Below are positions 29,719 through 39,113 of a stretch of 64,000 nt of DNA, piece by piece (position 1 is the stretch's first letter; each line of letters begins with the position of its first letter). The position numbers and the translations under genes were made by a program. The stretch is from Candidatus Ozemobacteraceae bacterium (lineage in GTDB: Bacteria > Muiribacteriota > Ozemobacteria > Ozemobacterales > Ozemobacteraceae). A model generated the notes under the pieces. The model searched no databases and had not been told where the DNA came from. It saw only the letters and a program-made list of their open reading frames with translations. The stretch spans positions 224,001 to 288,000 of the forward strand of contig OZ223236.1 in assembly GCA_965140445.1 (NCBI GenBank), in the 5' to 3' direction.

Positions 29719-30504
29719 TTATTCCCAACGTTGCCATTGGGGTTTCTCGGAATAAACGTCCTGATAATACTGCTTTCGTTTTAGCTTAGATGCTGCAGCC
29801 TCGTCCAATAGAACAATGGCATGCTCATGAAATTGCAAAACACTGGCTGGCCAGGTTGCTGAAACCGGGCCTTCAATCATTTCATAAACGGCTTGCGCTT
29901 TATCTTCTCCAAAAGCCAATAAAACACAAGCTCGAGCATCCATAATAGTTCCCAATCCCATTGTCACTACATGGTGTGGAACTTTTTCAAGGCTCCCAAA
30001 ATGCCTGGAATTTGCATGCAAGGTTTCTACTGAAAGCGTTTTAATTCGAGTTCTTGATTTTAAAGAAGACCCCGGCTCATTGAATGCCAAATGCCCGTCA
30101 GAACCTATTCCAAGAAGCTGAAGATCAATTCCTCCGGAAGCTTTTATGGCATTCTCATATTCAGCACACATCGCAGGTATATCTGTTGCCAGCCCATCGG
30201 GAATATTTGTAGATTCTTTTGGAATATCAATATGCTTGAATAAATTCTCGTGCATTTCACTGCGAAAAGAGCAAGGATTATCAGGCCCAAGGCCAACATA
30301 TTCATCAAGATTAAATGCAGTTACCAATTTAAATGAAAGATTTTCTTCTTTGTATTGTCTAACAAGTTCAGAATATAGCTCCAGGGGAGTTGAACCAGTA
30401 GCAAAGCCAAGAACAGCATTATTTTTTTGTCGGATGAGCTTAGAAATAATTTTAGCTCCAAGAATGCTCGCCTCAGTTTTGCTTTTCTTTATTACAACTT
30501 CCAT
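29719..30504 (-). CDS. nagB: Glucosamine-6-phosphate deaminase
   Basis: ATGSTP, FNLDEYVGL, GIGSDGHLAFNEPGS and WPASVLQ.H. Confidence 0.96.
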   Translation of the reverse strand: MEVVIKKSKTEASILGAKIISKLIRQKNNAVLGFATGSTPLELYSELVRQYKEENLSFKLVTAFNLDEYVGLGPDNPCSFRSEMHENLFKHIDIPKESTNIPDGLATDIPAMCAEYENAIKASGGIDLQLLGIGSDGHLAFNEPGSSLKSRTRIKTLSVETLHANSRHFGSLEKVPHHVVTMGLGTIMDARACVLLAFGEDKAQAVYEMIEGPVSATWPASVLQFHEHAIVLLDEAAASKLKRKQYYQDVYSEKPQWQRWE

Positions 30505-30557
30505 AAATCCCCTGATTTGCAGTTAAAGCCAAATTTATCTTTTTCGCTTTTTTGACT

Positions 30558-31547
30558 TTAGTCCAAAGTAGCCCACTTAATAATGCTTTTGGCTCTCCAT
30601 GGCAGTGACATAGAATTGGTTTTTCTTAAATGTGTATGAAACTTTTCAAGTTCAGCAAATTTTTCTGTTCCTGCCTTTTCTCCTAGAATTACTTTAAGAG
30701 AAACTCTGCTGAGGGTGTACCAGGAATAAATGAAATATCTAAAATGTTTGGAGGTTAAGGTATTAACTTCGGTAATATCCTTTTTCCCCATTTTAAGAAG
30801 TTCCTTATGAAATTGAGGGCGAATTGCACGGGACAAATTCTGAATGCCGCTAGAAACACAATTAGCACCAAAAATATTGTATTTCTGAAAAATAACCTTA
30901 TCACCAATTTCTGGTTTTTCTCCACGTAAAGCTCTAAGATTAGTCATTGCCGCAAGCCTTGAACTTTCTTCAGCATGCGCTAAGAAAAATAGCTCCAAAT
31001 CAACTTTTTTGGTATCCAGGCGATGACGGAGTTTTTTTTCAATTGGCCCTTCTTTTGTGTAATGCTCTATTGTGCAAGTTCTCATCTGGATAAGCTGAAA
31101 GCCAGAAATTGCTCTTGGATCAAAAGCCATTTCAGGACCAGTACCCATAACCAGCCCCTTTGAAAAAATAGATTTCTTACTTTTACTTGTCAGCCTGATT
31201 CCCCTGTCTTTAAAATGAAACAGAGTCGCAAAATGAAAAGCCCCAGGACAAATTGGCATATTCAAGATCTCTGCGCTTTCAAGATCCTCAGGCTTAATAG
31301 TTGCTAAATATAAATCGCCTTCATGCAAAATGTTAAGCAATATTATTGAATTATCTTTACCGGTAACCGCAATAGTAGGTCTTCTATCATCTGTTGGAAG
31401 CAAAAGCCTTTTCGAGTATTTGTTCTTGATGAAAGTATTTTTTATTTTCGTCTCTAAATCAGTTGACCATGGATCAAAGCTGGCAAAAGCCATAACTCCA
31501 TGAGCCAACAAAAAAATTGTTAGAAAAAATGAGCAAATTCTTTTCAT
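30558..31547 (-). CDS. Exported hypothetical protein, possibly a permuted papain-like (His...NC) hydrolase
   Basis: Signal peptide from ATG 31547; motifs GAFHFATLF and KYNIFGANC. Confidence 0.55.
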   Translation of the reverse strand: MKRICSFFLTIFLLAHGVMAFASFDPWSTDLETKIKNTFIKNKYSKRLLLPTDDRRPTIAVTGKDNSIILLNILHEGDLYLATIKPEDLESAEILNMPICPGAFHFATLFHFKDRGIRLTSKSKKSIFSKGLVMGTGPEMAFDPRAISGFQLIQMRTCTIEHYTKEGPIEKKLRHRLDTKKVDLELFFLAHAEESSRLAAMTNLRALRGEKPEIGDKVIFQKYNIFGANCVSSGIQNLSRAIRPQFHKELLKMGKKDITEVNTLTSKHFRYFIYSWYTLSRVSLKVILGEKAGTEKFAELEKFHTHLRKTNSMSLPWRAKSIIKWATLD

Positions 31548-31835
31548 GGGTACAATCCTAAAACTTGTTTGTATAAAGATTATAAGGATTTTACAATCAG
31601 CTGGCAATTCCTAATAATAGTTTGAAAGTTTTATGGCAATTACAAAACTATTCATAAACAGCTTAAAAACATCCATAAAATTGAGAAAATCTATAGGGTT
31701 CAGAACAAAATTGAACGCTTTTATTGTCCTGGGGTAGATTAGAGACGCAAACTAATTTTTATTTTTCCTTATTTCCGAACCCCAGAAAAATATGCTACAA
31801 TTTTAGTCTACGACGTAATCTTAGAGGTGTGAGAA

Positions 31836-33440
31836 ATGAGATGTATGGTACTCAACTTCAGGCGTTTAAGCGCCATTTGCTTAAGCATAGTTTTCCTTGT
31901 TTCACTTGGATTTTTTCCTTCTTCTGCTCAGGCAGCCGGCAAAGACATTAATATAAAAATAGCTCAATATGCCAGCTCCATTGATTTTACATGCCCTGGC
32001 GGTGCAACCTATGAGCTGGGAGGTCAACCAGGTAAAATAATGCCTAATCAGGCCTGTAAATTATCTGGAAAGCTTTCTGAAAAGGCGCAAAAAAAATACC
32101 ACGTAATGGTTTTGTCTTTTGCCATAGCTGATTCTAACCAGATTGATGAAGCCAAACTTGAGTGGAAAAAACTTGGCTGGGAATTAAAAACCACCATAAT
32201 TGGTAGAGAATTCTTCGCAGATGACGGAAAAACCTTACTTTACGATGGAAGAAAGATTCAAGGCGAAGTTGGTGTTTTCGATACTATTGAGGCTGCCCAA
32301 GCCCTTGTAGATAGACTTGCTGCACAGGGAAAATCCAGCTGGATTCAAACAGAAATAGTTCAGCTTGCCAAAGGCAATTTAACCCTAAGTATTAACGGCC
32401 AGATAAAAGCTACCGGACCAAGCATTCTATTACTTCCAGCTGACACAATTTTCATGAAAAAAGTCGAGTATGCAGCTGGGTATCCATGGCATGGATTTGC
32501 CGATAGAACATATTCTGGCAAACTTACCTGCAGATATGGTGCCAACGATGCAATAGATTGCATTTTGAATACAAGCTTAGAAAATGTTCTTGCGGGAGTT
32601 GTTCCTTCTGAAATTTCAGCAAGTGCTGATGTAGGCGCTCTTCAAGCACAGGCAGTAGCCGCCCGTGGCGAGATTCTTTCCAAAGTCGGAGTTAGACACC
32701 TTGGAGAAGGCTTTGATACTTGTTCTGAGCAACATTGTCAGGTTTTCGCAGGCGTGACCAAATATTCTCAGCAGGTTGGCCCTAAAATAGCTCCAACCGC
32801 TGGCTATATCCTTTTTGATCCAAACAAAAACAGAATTCTTGACGCAGTTTATTCTGCCAACTGTGGTGGGCATAGTGAAGCCTGCCATCTGGTATGGACA
32901 ACACAGCCCAATCCAATTCTTGGCGGAACCTGGGACTGCGATAACCCTCCTTCTATTGATCTTTCCGAAGAAAAACAAGTTGGTGATTTCATAAGAAATC
33001 CACCTAAATGCTATTGCAGCAATACTAATGTAGAAGGTGGAAAAAGATTCCGCTGGAAAAAAGACCTCAGCGCCGCCGATTGGAAGGCCGTAGAAGCCAA
33101 AGTTGGCATAGGTAGGATTAAAGATATTAAAGATATTGCGCGTGGCTTCTCTGGACGAATTTATCGCTTAACATTTGTCGGACAATTTGGCGAAAAAACT
33201 GTAATGAAAGAACTCAACATTAGAAAGCTATTTGGCAGTCTTATGAGCGCTTGCTTCATTGCAAACTGGAAAAAAGATGCTACTGGATATATCAACAGTG
33301 CCGAACTACTTGGAGCTGGGTTTGGACACGGTGTGGGAATGTGCCAGACTGGTGCTCAAAGTCTTGCAAAACAAGGTTGGGCTTACCAGAGAATACTTTC
33401 TCATTACTTCCCAGGAAGCATATTAAAAAAATGGTATTAG
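31836..33440 (+). CDS. SpoIID/LytB domain protein (lytic transglycosylase-like)
   Basis: GVVPSE, ALQAQAVAAR, CQVF.G, YSANCGG and GFGHGVGMCQ.GA...ILSHYFPG; signal peptide. Confidence 0.92.
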   Translation: MRCMVLNFRRLSAICLSIVFLVSLGFFPSSAQAAGKDINIKIAQYASSIDFTCPGGATYELGGQPGKIMPNQACKLSGKLSEKAQKKYHVMVLSFAIADSNQIDEAKLEWKKLGWELKTTIIGREFFADDGKTLLYDGRKIQGEVGVFDTIEAAQALVDRLAAQGKSSWIQTEIVQLAKGNLTLSINGQIKATGPSILLLPADTIFMKKVEYAAGYPWHGFADRTYSGKLTCRYGANDAIDCILNTSLENVLAGVVPSEISASADVGALQAQAVAARGEILSKVGVRHLGEGFDTCSEQHCQVFAGVTKYSQQVGPKIAPTAGYILFDPNKNRILDAVYSANCGGHSEACHLVWTTQPNPILGGTWDCDNPPSIDLSEEKQVGDFIRNPPKCYCSNTNVEGGKRFRWKKDLSAADWKAVEAKVGIGRIKDIKDIARGFSGRIYRLTFVGQFGEKTVMKELNIRKLFGSLMSACFIANWKKDATGYINSAELLGAGFGHGVGMCQTGAQSLAKQGWAYQRILSHYFPGSILKKWY

Positions 33441-33452
33441 ATTAGAATTTTC

Positions 33453-33489
33453 AGCGGCATCAAACTTTAGCTTGATGCCGCTTTTTTTT
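33453..33489 (+). terminator. Intrinsic terminator
   Basis: AGCGGCATCAA...TTGATGCCGCT followed by a T run. Confidence 0.85.
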
Positions 33490-33529
33490 AGAAGTAATTG
33501 TTTATCAATTTAAAAAGCCAGGAGAATTT

Positions 33530-33901
33530 ATGCAAAATCATGAAAAGCTGGGATATTGTGGCATTTATTGTGGCGGTTGCTCAAACTTCAAGGAAAAAGT
33601 TAATTGCCAGGGCTGCAGGGAAGAAAAATCCCTTCTTGAAGACTGCCCAACAAGAGCGTGCGCAATTCAAAAAGGAATAATGTATTGCGGTGAATGCAAT
33701 GATTTTCCATGTGAACAACTTTCTGGATTTTATAATGATGGCGTAAAACATCACCAACTTGCCCATCAAAATTCCTTAATGATGAAAAAAGCAGGAGTTG
33801 ATAACTGGCTAAGAATGCAAGAAGCAAAACACATCTGTGATTGCGGCAATCGCCTTAATTGGTTCAAAAACCAATGCCCGAAATGCGAAGCCAAAAACTG
33901 A
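33530..33901 (+). CDS. Cys-rich DUF3795-like protein
   Basis: CGIYCGGC, CQGC, CPTRAC and CGECNDFPC. AGGAG RBS. Confidence 0.8.
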   Translation: MQNHEKLGYCGIYCGGCSNFKEKVNCQGCREEKSLLEDCPTRACAIQKGIMYCGECNDFPCEQLSGFYNDGVKHHQLAHQNSLMMKKAGVDNWLRMQEAKHICDCGNRLNWFKNQCPKCEAKN

Positions 33902-33949
33902 ACGACTCAGAATAAGTAAAAAAGGAACTTTCCACACAGAACTAAAAGA

Positions 33950-33983
33950 AAATGTGCCCCGCAATTTATTGCGGGGCACATTT
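33950..33983. terminator. Terminator hairpin between convergent genes
   Basis: 16-bp perfect inverted repeat AAATGTGCCCCGCAAT/ATTGCGGGGCACATTT. Confidence 0.8.
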
Positions 33984-34011
33984 ATATCAATCTCTCAGGG
34001 AGATTAAAATC

Positions 34012-35013
34012 TTATTTTACTTCACCAATGTTCTTCATAAGAAGATCTTTGTATTGTGGAAGTCTAGCATATACTGTTTTGCCGGGGCATGATTTAGTTG
34101 AGAAATCACAATGGCCATAGATATTAGCACGAGGATCAATTTTATAGTTTGAAGTGAGCCAGGCCAAAAGATTAATCAATGACTTTTCCATTACTGCTGG
34201 AATTGGATCTTTTCCTGGATCATAATCTCCGATAAGACAAACACCTACTGAGTTGGTATTTGGAGAACAATGAGCACCTACAACAGTTTCTGGTCGTCCC
34301 TGATAGATAGTTCCTTCAGGTCCAATTAAAAAATGGTATCCAATATCAGCCCAACCTGTTGCAGCGTTATCCATGTGATAATTCTGAATTCCACGAATGC
34401 TGGCCGCACCTTTGTATTGTGATTGATTTGGGATATAAGTGTGATGAACTACGATTCTCTGAGGGCTATGAGAAGAATAGTTTGATTTTGGAGGACGAGC
34501 TCCCCATGCTGAACGAGAAACCACTGAAGGTTTTGCAGCAATTTTTGCAGCCATAAAAGGCGCTGGTTTCTGAATGAAATATTCCATAGTTTCTTCTGGG
34601 AGGTAATTACCCTGAACAGAAACTTTATTTATGCTATTTTTTCCCATTTCAGGATCTCTAACAACAAACATAACCTGATAGGCAGATAGTGGTTTGATTG
34701 ATGAGAAATGATATTCTCTATCAAAAGCCATATATCTGGTCCATTTTCCTGTTTCAGAATACTTGAACCTGGCATAACCACGAAAAAGAGCGGTCTTTGA
34801 AGTTTCAGTATCTACAGAAATAATCATATTGTTTACTGCGGTATCCATTTCGATTTCTGCCGATTCAAACTTCCCGTAAGTTTGATCAGAAACAGAAAAG
34901 TCTGGGCTAATGGTTGCCGAATAATCTGGCACATCAACGGTTGCTTGAGCAACATGCGCACTTGCTAAGAACGCCAAAACCATAACAATACAAAATAATT
35001 TAAATCTTTTCAT
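34012..35013 (-). CDS. Exported N-acetylmuramoyl-L-alanine amidase (Amidase_2/PGRP-like)
   Basis: SRSAWGA, IVVHHT, GWADIGYHFLI, GAH, GHCD...CPG; signal peptide. Confidence 0.92.
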   Translation of the reverse strand: MKRFKLFCIVMVLAFLASAHVAQATVDVPDYSATISPDFSVSDQTYGKFESAEIEMDTAVNNMIISVDTETSKTALFRGYARFKYSETGKWTRYMAFDREYHFSSIKPLSAYQVMFVVRDPEMGKNSINKVSVQGNYLPEETMEYFIQKPAPFMAAKIAAKPSVVSRSAWGARPPKSNYSSHSPQRIVVHHTYIPNQSQYKGAASIRGIQNYHMDNAATGWADIGYHFLIGPEGTIYQGRPETVVGAHCSPNTNSVGVCLIGDYDPGKDPIPAVMEKSLINLLAWLTSNYKIDPRANIYGHCDFSTKSCPGKTVYARLPQYKDLLMKNIGEVK

Positions 35014-35158
35014 CAGTCCTCAAATACTCCTTGTACAACTATATTTTAAGATTATATTCCAAAGGGGCAGAGTTTAAAAGGTATACATTCTTTTTACCCT
35101 TTGGGGCGATTAATACGTATGAGTTAGAAAAAAGGTAACAAAAAAAATGCACTTTTTT

Positions 35159-36247
35159 TTAATCCCAGACAACTCCTTCTATATGCATTATTCCAAATCC
35201 AGGCTCATCTGTCATTTTTAGCCACGGGCCTTCTATTTCCACTCCGCCATGTACAGGATCTGTTTTACAAAGTGCTGGGCTATCAAGATCACACCTTGTA
35301 ATTATGCTCTTTGCACAAGCCAGATGTGCTGCTGCGGTCACACTGATTTTACTTTCCATCATGCAGCCCATGAAGCATTCAATTCCATGAATTTCAGCCA
35401 AAGCACAAATTTTTAGAGCTGCTCTGATTCCGCCAGTTTTCATCAGTTTAATGTTCAAATAATCTGCGCCACGCATCAAAAGAATTTTTTCTGCATCTTT
35501 AGCAGAAAAAACGCTTTCGTCGGCCAGAACAGGAGTATCAATTCGTTCTTTAACTTTTTTTAAACCTTCCAGATCTTCAGCAACGGTTGGTTGCTCAAGC
35601 AGCTCAATAACCAAACCAGCAGATTCGATGGCTCTCATAATGCGAATAGATTCTCGCGCACTCCAACCCTGGTTTGCATCAATACGAATCAATACATCTG
35701 GGCCAACCGCCTCGCGAACCGCTCTTATTCTTTTAATATCTAAATCAGGCTCAAGCCCAACTTTTACTTTTAAAATTCTAAATCCACGATCTACAGCAAT
35801 CTTACTATCAGACGCCATTTCCTCAGGACTGTTTACGCTTATGGTTAGATCTGTTTCTACTTTGTCACGATATCCCCCAAGCAGCCTGTAAACAGGCATT
35901 CCAAAATGTTTACCGAACAAATCATATATGGCCATCTCCACAGCTGCTTTAGCACTGGTGTTTTTTAAAATAGCACCGTCCATTGCATTTAGCGTGTCTT
36001 CTAGATTTTCTATGTATTTTCCAATCAGCTTTGGAGAAATAAATTCATGAATGGCTCCACGCACGCTGCCCATTGATTCTCCAGTAATTGGACCTGTTGG
36101 ATGAGCTTCACCAAAGCCTACTAACCCTGAGTCGGTATGGATCGAAACAACTATCGATACAATATGATCAATAGTCCTTAACGAAGTCTTAAAAGGGGTT
36201 CTCAGCGGGATAGAAATTGTTCCGGTCTTAATTTCGGTTATTTTCAT
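35159..36247 (-). CDS. L-Ala-D/L-Glu dipeptide epimerase (enolase superfamily, YkfB-like)
   Basis: LKVKVG, IDANQGW, EQP, DES, NIKLMKTGG and C-terminal DLD. Confidence 0.9.
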   Translation of the reverse strand: MKITEIKTGTISIPLRTPFKTSLRTIDHIVSIVVSIHTDSGLVGFGEAHPTGPITGESMGSVRGAIHEFISPKLIGKYIENLEDTLNAMDGAILKNTSAKAAVEMAIYDLFGKHFGMPVYRLLGGYRDKVETDLTISVNSPEEMASDSKIAVDRGFRILKVKVGLEPDLDIKRIRAVREAVGPDVLIRIDANQGWSARESIRIMRAIESAGLVIELLEQPTVAEDLEGLKKVKERIDTPVLADESVFSAKDAEKILLMRGADYLNIKLMKTGGIRAALKICALAEIHGIECFMGCMMESKISVTAAAHLACAKSIITRCDLDSPALCKTDPVHGGVEIEGPWLKMTDEPGFGIMHIEGVVWD

Positions 36248-36258
36248 TTTTAGCCTCT

Positions 36259-37665
36259 TTACTCAACACAAAATTCTCGGGCCGCATAAAGCCCTTCGAT
36301 ATAACGTTTCCCGCTGGATAAAAACGTAGACATGAGAGGAGTAACAAAAACACAACGAGTTTTTGCACTTTTCATGTCACCATTTTCGTCCGGAGCTCTA
36401 AAGCCAGCAAAATCATGAATAATATAATAATCGTCATCGTATTTGCCTAAGAACAGCATTGCATGCCCATTCATGTATATAGGAGAACCAGGTGGGAGCT
36501 TATCAAAAAGTTCTTTGCGCTCTTCAAGAGAAGTCTCATTGGTCATTTTATGAGAAATTCCTATGGCCATCTTTCCCTGTTCACCGGCATTTCGCGGCAA
36601 TAAAATTCCCATACTTCTATAATTATCCATAATAAATGCGCTGCAATCGCGAGTATTAAACATCCCGCCCCAACCGTATCTTTGCCCAAGAAACTTAAAT
36701 GCCTGACGAATAATGTTTCTACGAGTCAATGGCAGATAACCAACTCTCACGTCATCGCCTCTGGCAACCAAACCAAGCATAGTTTTAAATTTGCCTTCAA
36801 TATCTCTGGTTGGAAGTTTTACTACGTAGTTTCCAGCTGGATGCTGACCATCAATATCTATAGGTATTTCTGCGCGTTCTGCGAGTGGCACCTTGACTCC
36901 CATATCGAGCTGAAGCTCTGATATCTCTGGCCTATAGGGGTTAAATCCAGTTAAAACACCTTTGCCAGTTACTACGAGAAAATCTTTGGCATCCAGATAA
37001 TCAAAAAGTTCTTTTCGGTCTGCAATCGCAACAGCATCAGAAGGCACCCAGGCAAGGTAATTATAAGCCTGCGCCAGATACCATTTCCCATCAAGACTTT
37101 CATGGAGTATTGCAAGAGGTTCAACCGGATATAATGCAGTTTCTATGAATCTATCTGTTTCAATATCGTCCGCTTCAGAGAAAACTCTATCTGAAGTTGG
37201 GAAAGCTCTCATTTCAGTGCGCTTAACTGTTATACCAAAACGAACGATTGACAAATTCTTTACCTGATCAAGATTCAAATTCTTTTCAAGCTGCTGATAA
37301 TATTCTTCGCCAATCTCTTTTCCGTCTAAATAACGTTTTTTAGACGGTCTTGAGCTTACTTTTTTAATCAGGCTTTTTAACTTATCTCCAGAAAAAATTT
37401 TCCTATAAGTTCTCAAATCATTTAAAACTTCACATTCTCTAAAGTTCCTTCTATTGTATTCAGCTATTTTCTGTGAAGTCATGAGCTCTCGATCAGGATT
37501 TTCGACCAGGTTAATCCAAAAATCGCTTTCCAGCATTTCCTGGGTAACTCCTGGAATATTCAATTCAAATTGAACATACTTTTGCTGTGCCGCAAAAAGT
37601 CCGGGTGAACTGAATAGACTCGCCAAAAAAATGAACCATATTACTTTAAAATGTTTTCTAACCAT
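36259..37665 (-). CDS. Exported SH3b + NlpC/P60 peptidase (YkfC-like gamma-D-glutamyl peptidase)
   Basis: YGWGG..RDCS (Cys), GHAMLFLG (His) and IIH; signal peptide. Confidence 0.88.
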   Translation of the reverse strand: MVRKHFKVIWFIFLASLFSSPGLFAAQQKYVQFELNIPGVTQEMLESDFWINLVENPDRELMTSQKIAEYNRRNFRECEVLNDLRTYRKIFSGDKLKSLIKKVSSRPSKKRYLDGKEIGEEYYQQLEKNLNLDQVKNLSIVRFGITVKRTEMRAFPTSDRVFSEADDIETDRFIETALYPVEPLAILHESLDGKWYLAQAYNYLAWVPSDAVAIADRKELFDYLDAKDFLVVTGKGVLTGFNPYRPEISELQLDMGVKVPLAERAEIPIDIDGQHPAGNYVVKLPTRDIEGKFKTMLGLVARGDDVRVGYLPLTRRNIIRQAFKFLGQRYGWGGMFNTRDCSAFIMDNYRSMGILLPRNAGEQGKMAIGISHKMTNETSLEERKELFDKLPPGSPIYMNGHAMLFLGKYDDDYYIIHDFAGFRAPDENGDMKSAKTRCVFVTPLMSTFLSSGKRYIEGLYAAREFCVE

Positions 37666-37679
37666 TTTCGCAATCCCCC

Positions 37680-38837
37680 CTATATACCTGAAAGAATTTT
37701 TCCAACCAGCAAACCGCCACCAGTGCCAAGAACATAGCCCAACATTCCCATTAAAACTCCTATTGGAACGAGCACTTCACTATAAGCGGCAGCTAAGATA
37801 GGTGCGGATGCTACTCCGCCAACATTAGCAAGACTGGCAACTCCACAGGTAAAAAGATCAAGTTTGAGCAATTTGGCAATTAAAGCCAGTAACAATGCAT
37901 GAATGACCAGAATCATAAAGCCACAGAAAATATAAAATGGCGCTTGAGTAAGCTCGGCAAAATTGGCCTTTGAACCCATCAAAGCAACAATTAAATAGAG
38001 CATAAGATTTGCCAATGGTGATATCCCTGGAAGTTTACCAAGAGGAGTAGCAGCAGCTGTCACGCCGGCAATAGTTGCTATTAAAACTGTCCATGTATAG
38101 GTTGACAGGAAAGCAGTAGAAGGTAACAACGAAGCTAGATAATTGGAAATAGCAGCAACAAAAAAGCTACTTCCCAAAAGCAAAATAAGATCAGCAAAAG
38201 TCATTTCGACTCTCTTATCTTCTTTATCTGCGGCAAGCATAGCCCCAACCTCGTCAATCGCTTTTGTGTCGGCACCCGTCCATTTATTAAATTTATGCGC
38301 AAATGGAACTACCGAAAGTAAAATCATGACCCAGACAGCATAGTTTACCGAATCCATCATTAGTGTGTAACCCATCTGGGAGTCTTTGACGCCAAGTGCG
38401 AGTTGTATAGCTGCCATATTACCGGTTCCACCCATCCAGGAACCAGAAAGAGCAGCAAATGTTTTCCAGGTATCCACCTCAAAGTGGCTTCGAAAAATAG
38501 CGTAAGTTACCACAAATCCAATTCCAATGGTAATTGAGGAAGAAAAAAAGCCAATAAGCATGCGTGGACCAAGTTTTAGGATCTTTTTTAAATCACAATG
38601 CAACAGCATCAGAAAAATCATTACCGGCAACAGGTTGCCCTTTAAATGCTTGTAATAAAAGTTAATCTCATCGGTTTGCTTCCATAAACCAAGAGTCGAA
38701 AGAGTCATTATTAGAAAATAGAGAACTACGATTCCCGGTACATAGTCGAAAAATTTTCGATACTTTTTATCCAATTGAACGATAACAGCTGCAGTAAATA
38801 GCAAAACAGCAAGAAATGTGAATCCGCTTTCAATCAT
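37680..38837 (-). CDS. DUF819 family multi-pass membrane protein
   Basis: About 10-12 TMs with motifs GSWMGG.GN, S.ANVGG.ASA and G..GYVLGT. Confidence 0.8.
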   Translation of the reverse strand: MIESGFTFLAVLLFTAAVIVQLDKKYRKFFDYVPGIVVLYFLIMTLSTLGLWKQTDEINFYYKHLKGNLLPVMIFLMLLHCDLKKILKLGPRMLIGFFSSSITIGIGFVVTYAIFRSHFEVDTWKTFAALSGSWMGGTGNMAAIQLALGVKDSQMGYTLMMDSVNYAVWVMILLSVVPFAHKFNKWTGADTKAIDEVGAMLAADKEDKRVEMTFADLILLLGSSFFVAAISNYLASLLPSTAFLSTYTWTVLIATIAGVTAAATPLGKLPGISPLANLMLYLIVALMGSKANFAELTQAPFYIFCGFMILVIHALLLALIAKLLKLDLFTCGVASLANVGGVASAPILAAAYSEVLVPIGVLMGMLGYVLGTGGGLLVGKILSGI

Positions 38838-39113
38838 TAAAGGGCCTCCCCAATTCGGTTCTGGCTATGTTTGTCTTTATATTTGTGTGCCAGAATGCGA
38901 AATGTTCTATTAAATAGGTGAAAATTATACTTTGTTCAGCTAACACTGCCAAGAATATAAAACGATACAGCCTCACAGGCTTTCATAGAGATGTTTTTAT
39001 TCTTTTAAGTTACAAATTAAATTCACTTTTATGCTCGTGTAGATTTGAGCTGCTTCAATTTAAGTCTATTTTTTCATATAATCAAACTAGATGTAAATTT
39101 GGAGAACCTTATC

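Noticed and set aside
35059..35104. CCAAAGGG...CCCTTTGG inverted repeat upstream of the amidase
   Set aside because: Long imperfect interior and no second copy found, so it cannot be called an operator or terminator.
38876..38893. Minus-strand TGGCAC (possible sigma54 -24 box) upstream of the DUF819 operon
   Set aside because: The -12 position reads TATA, not TTGC, so the invariant GC is missing.
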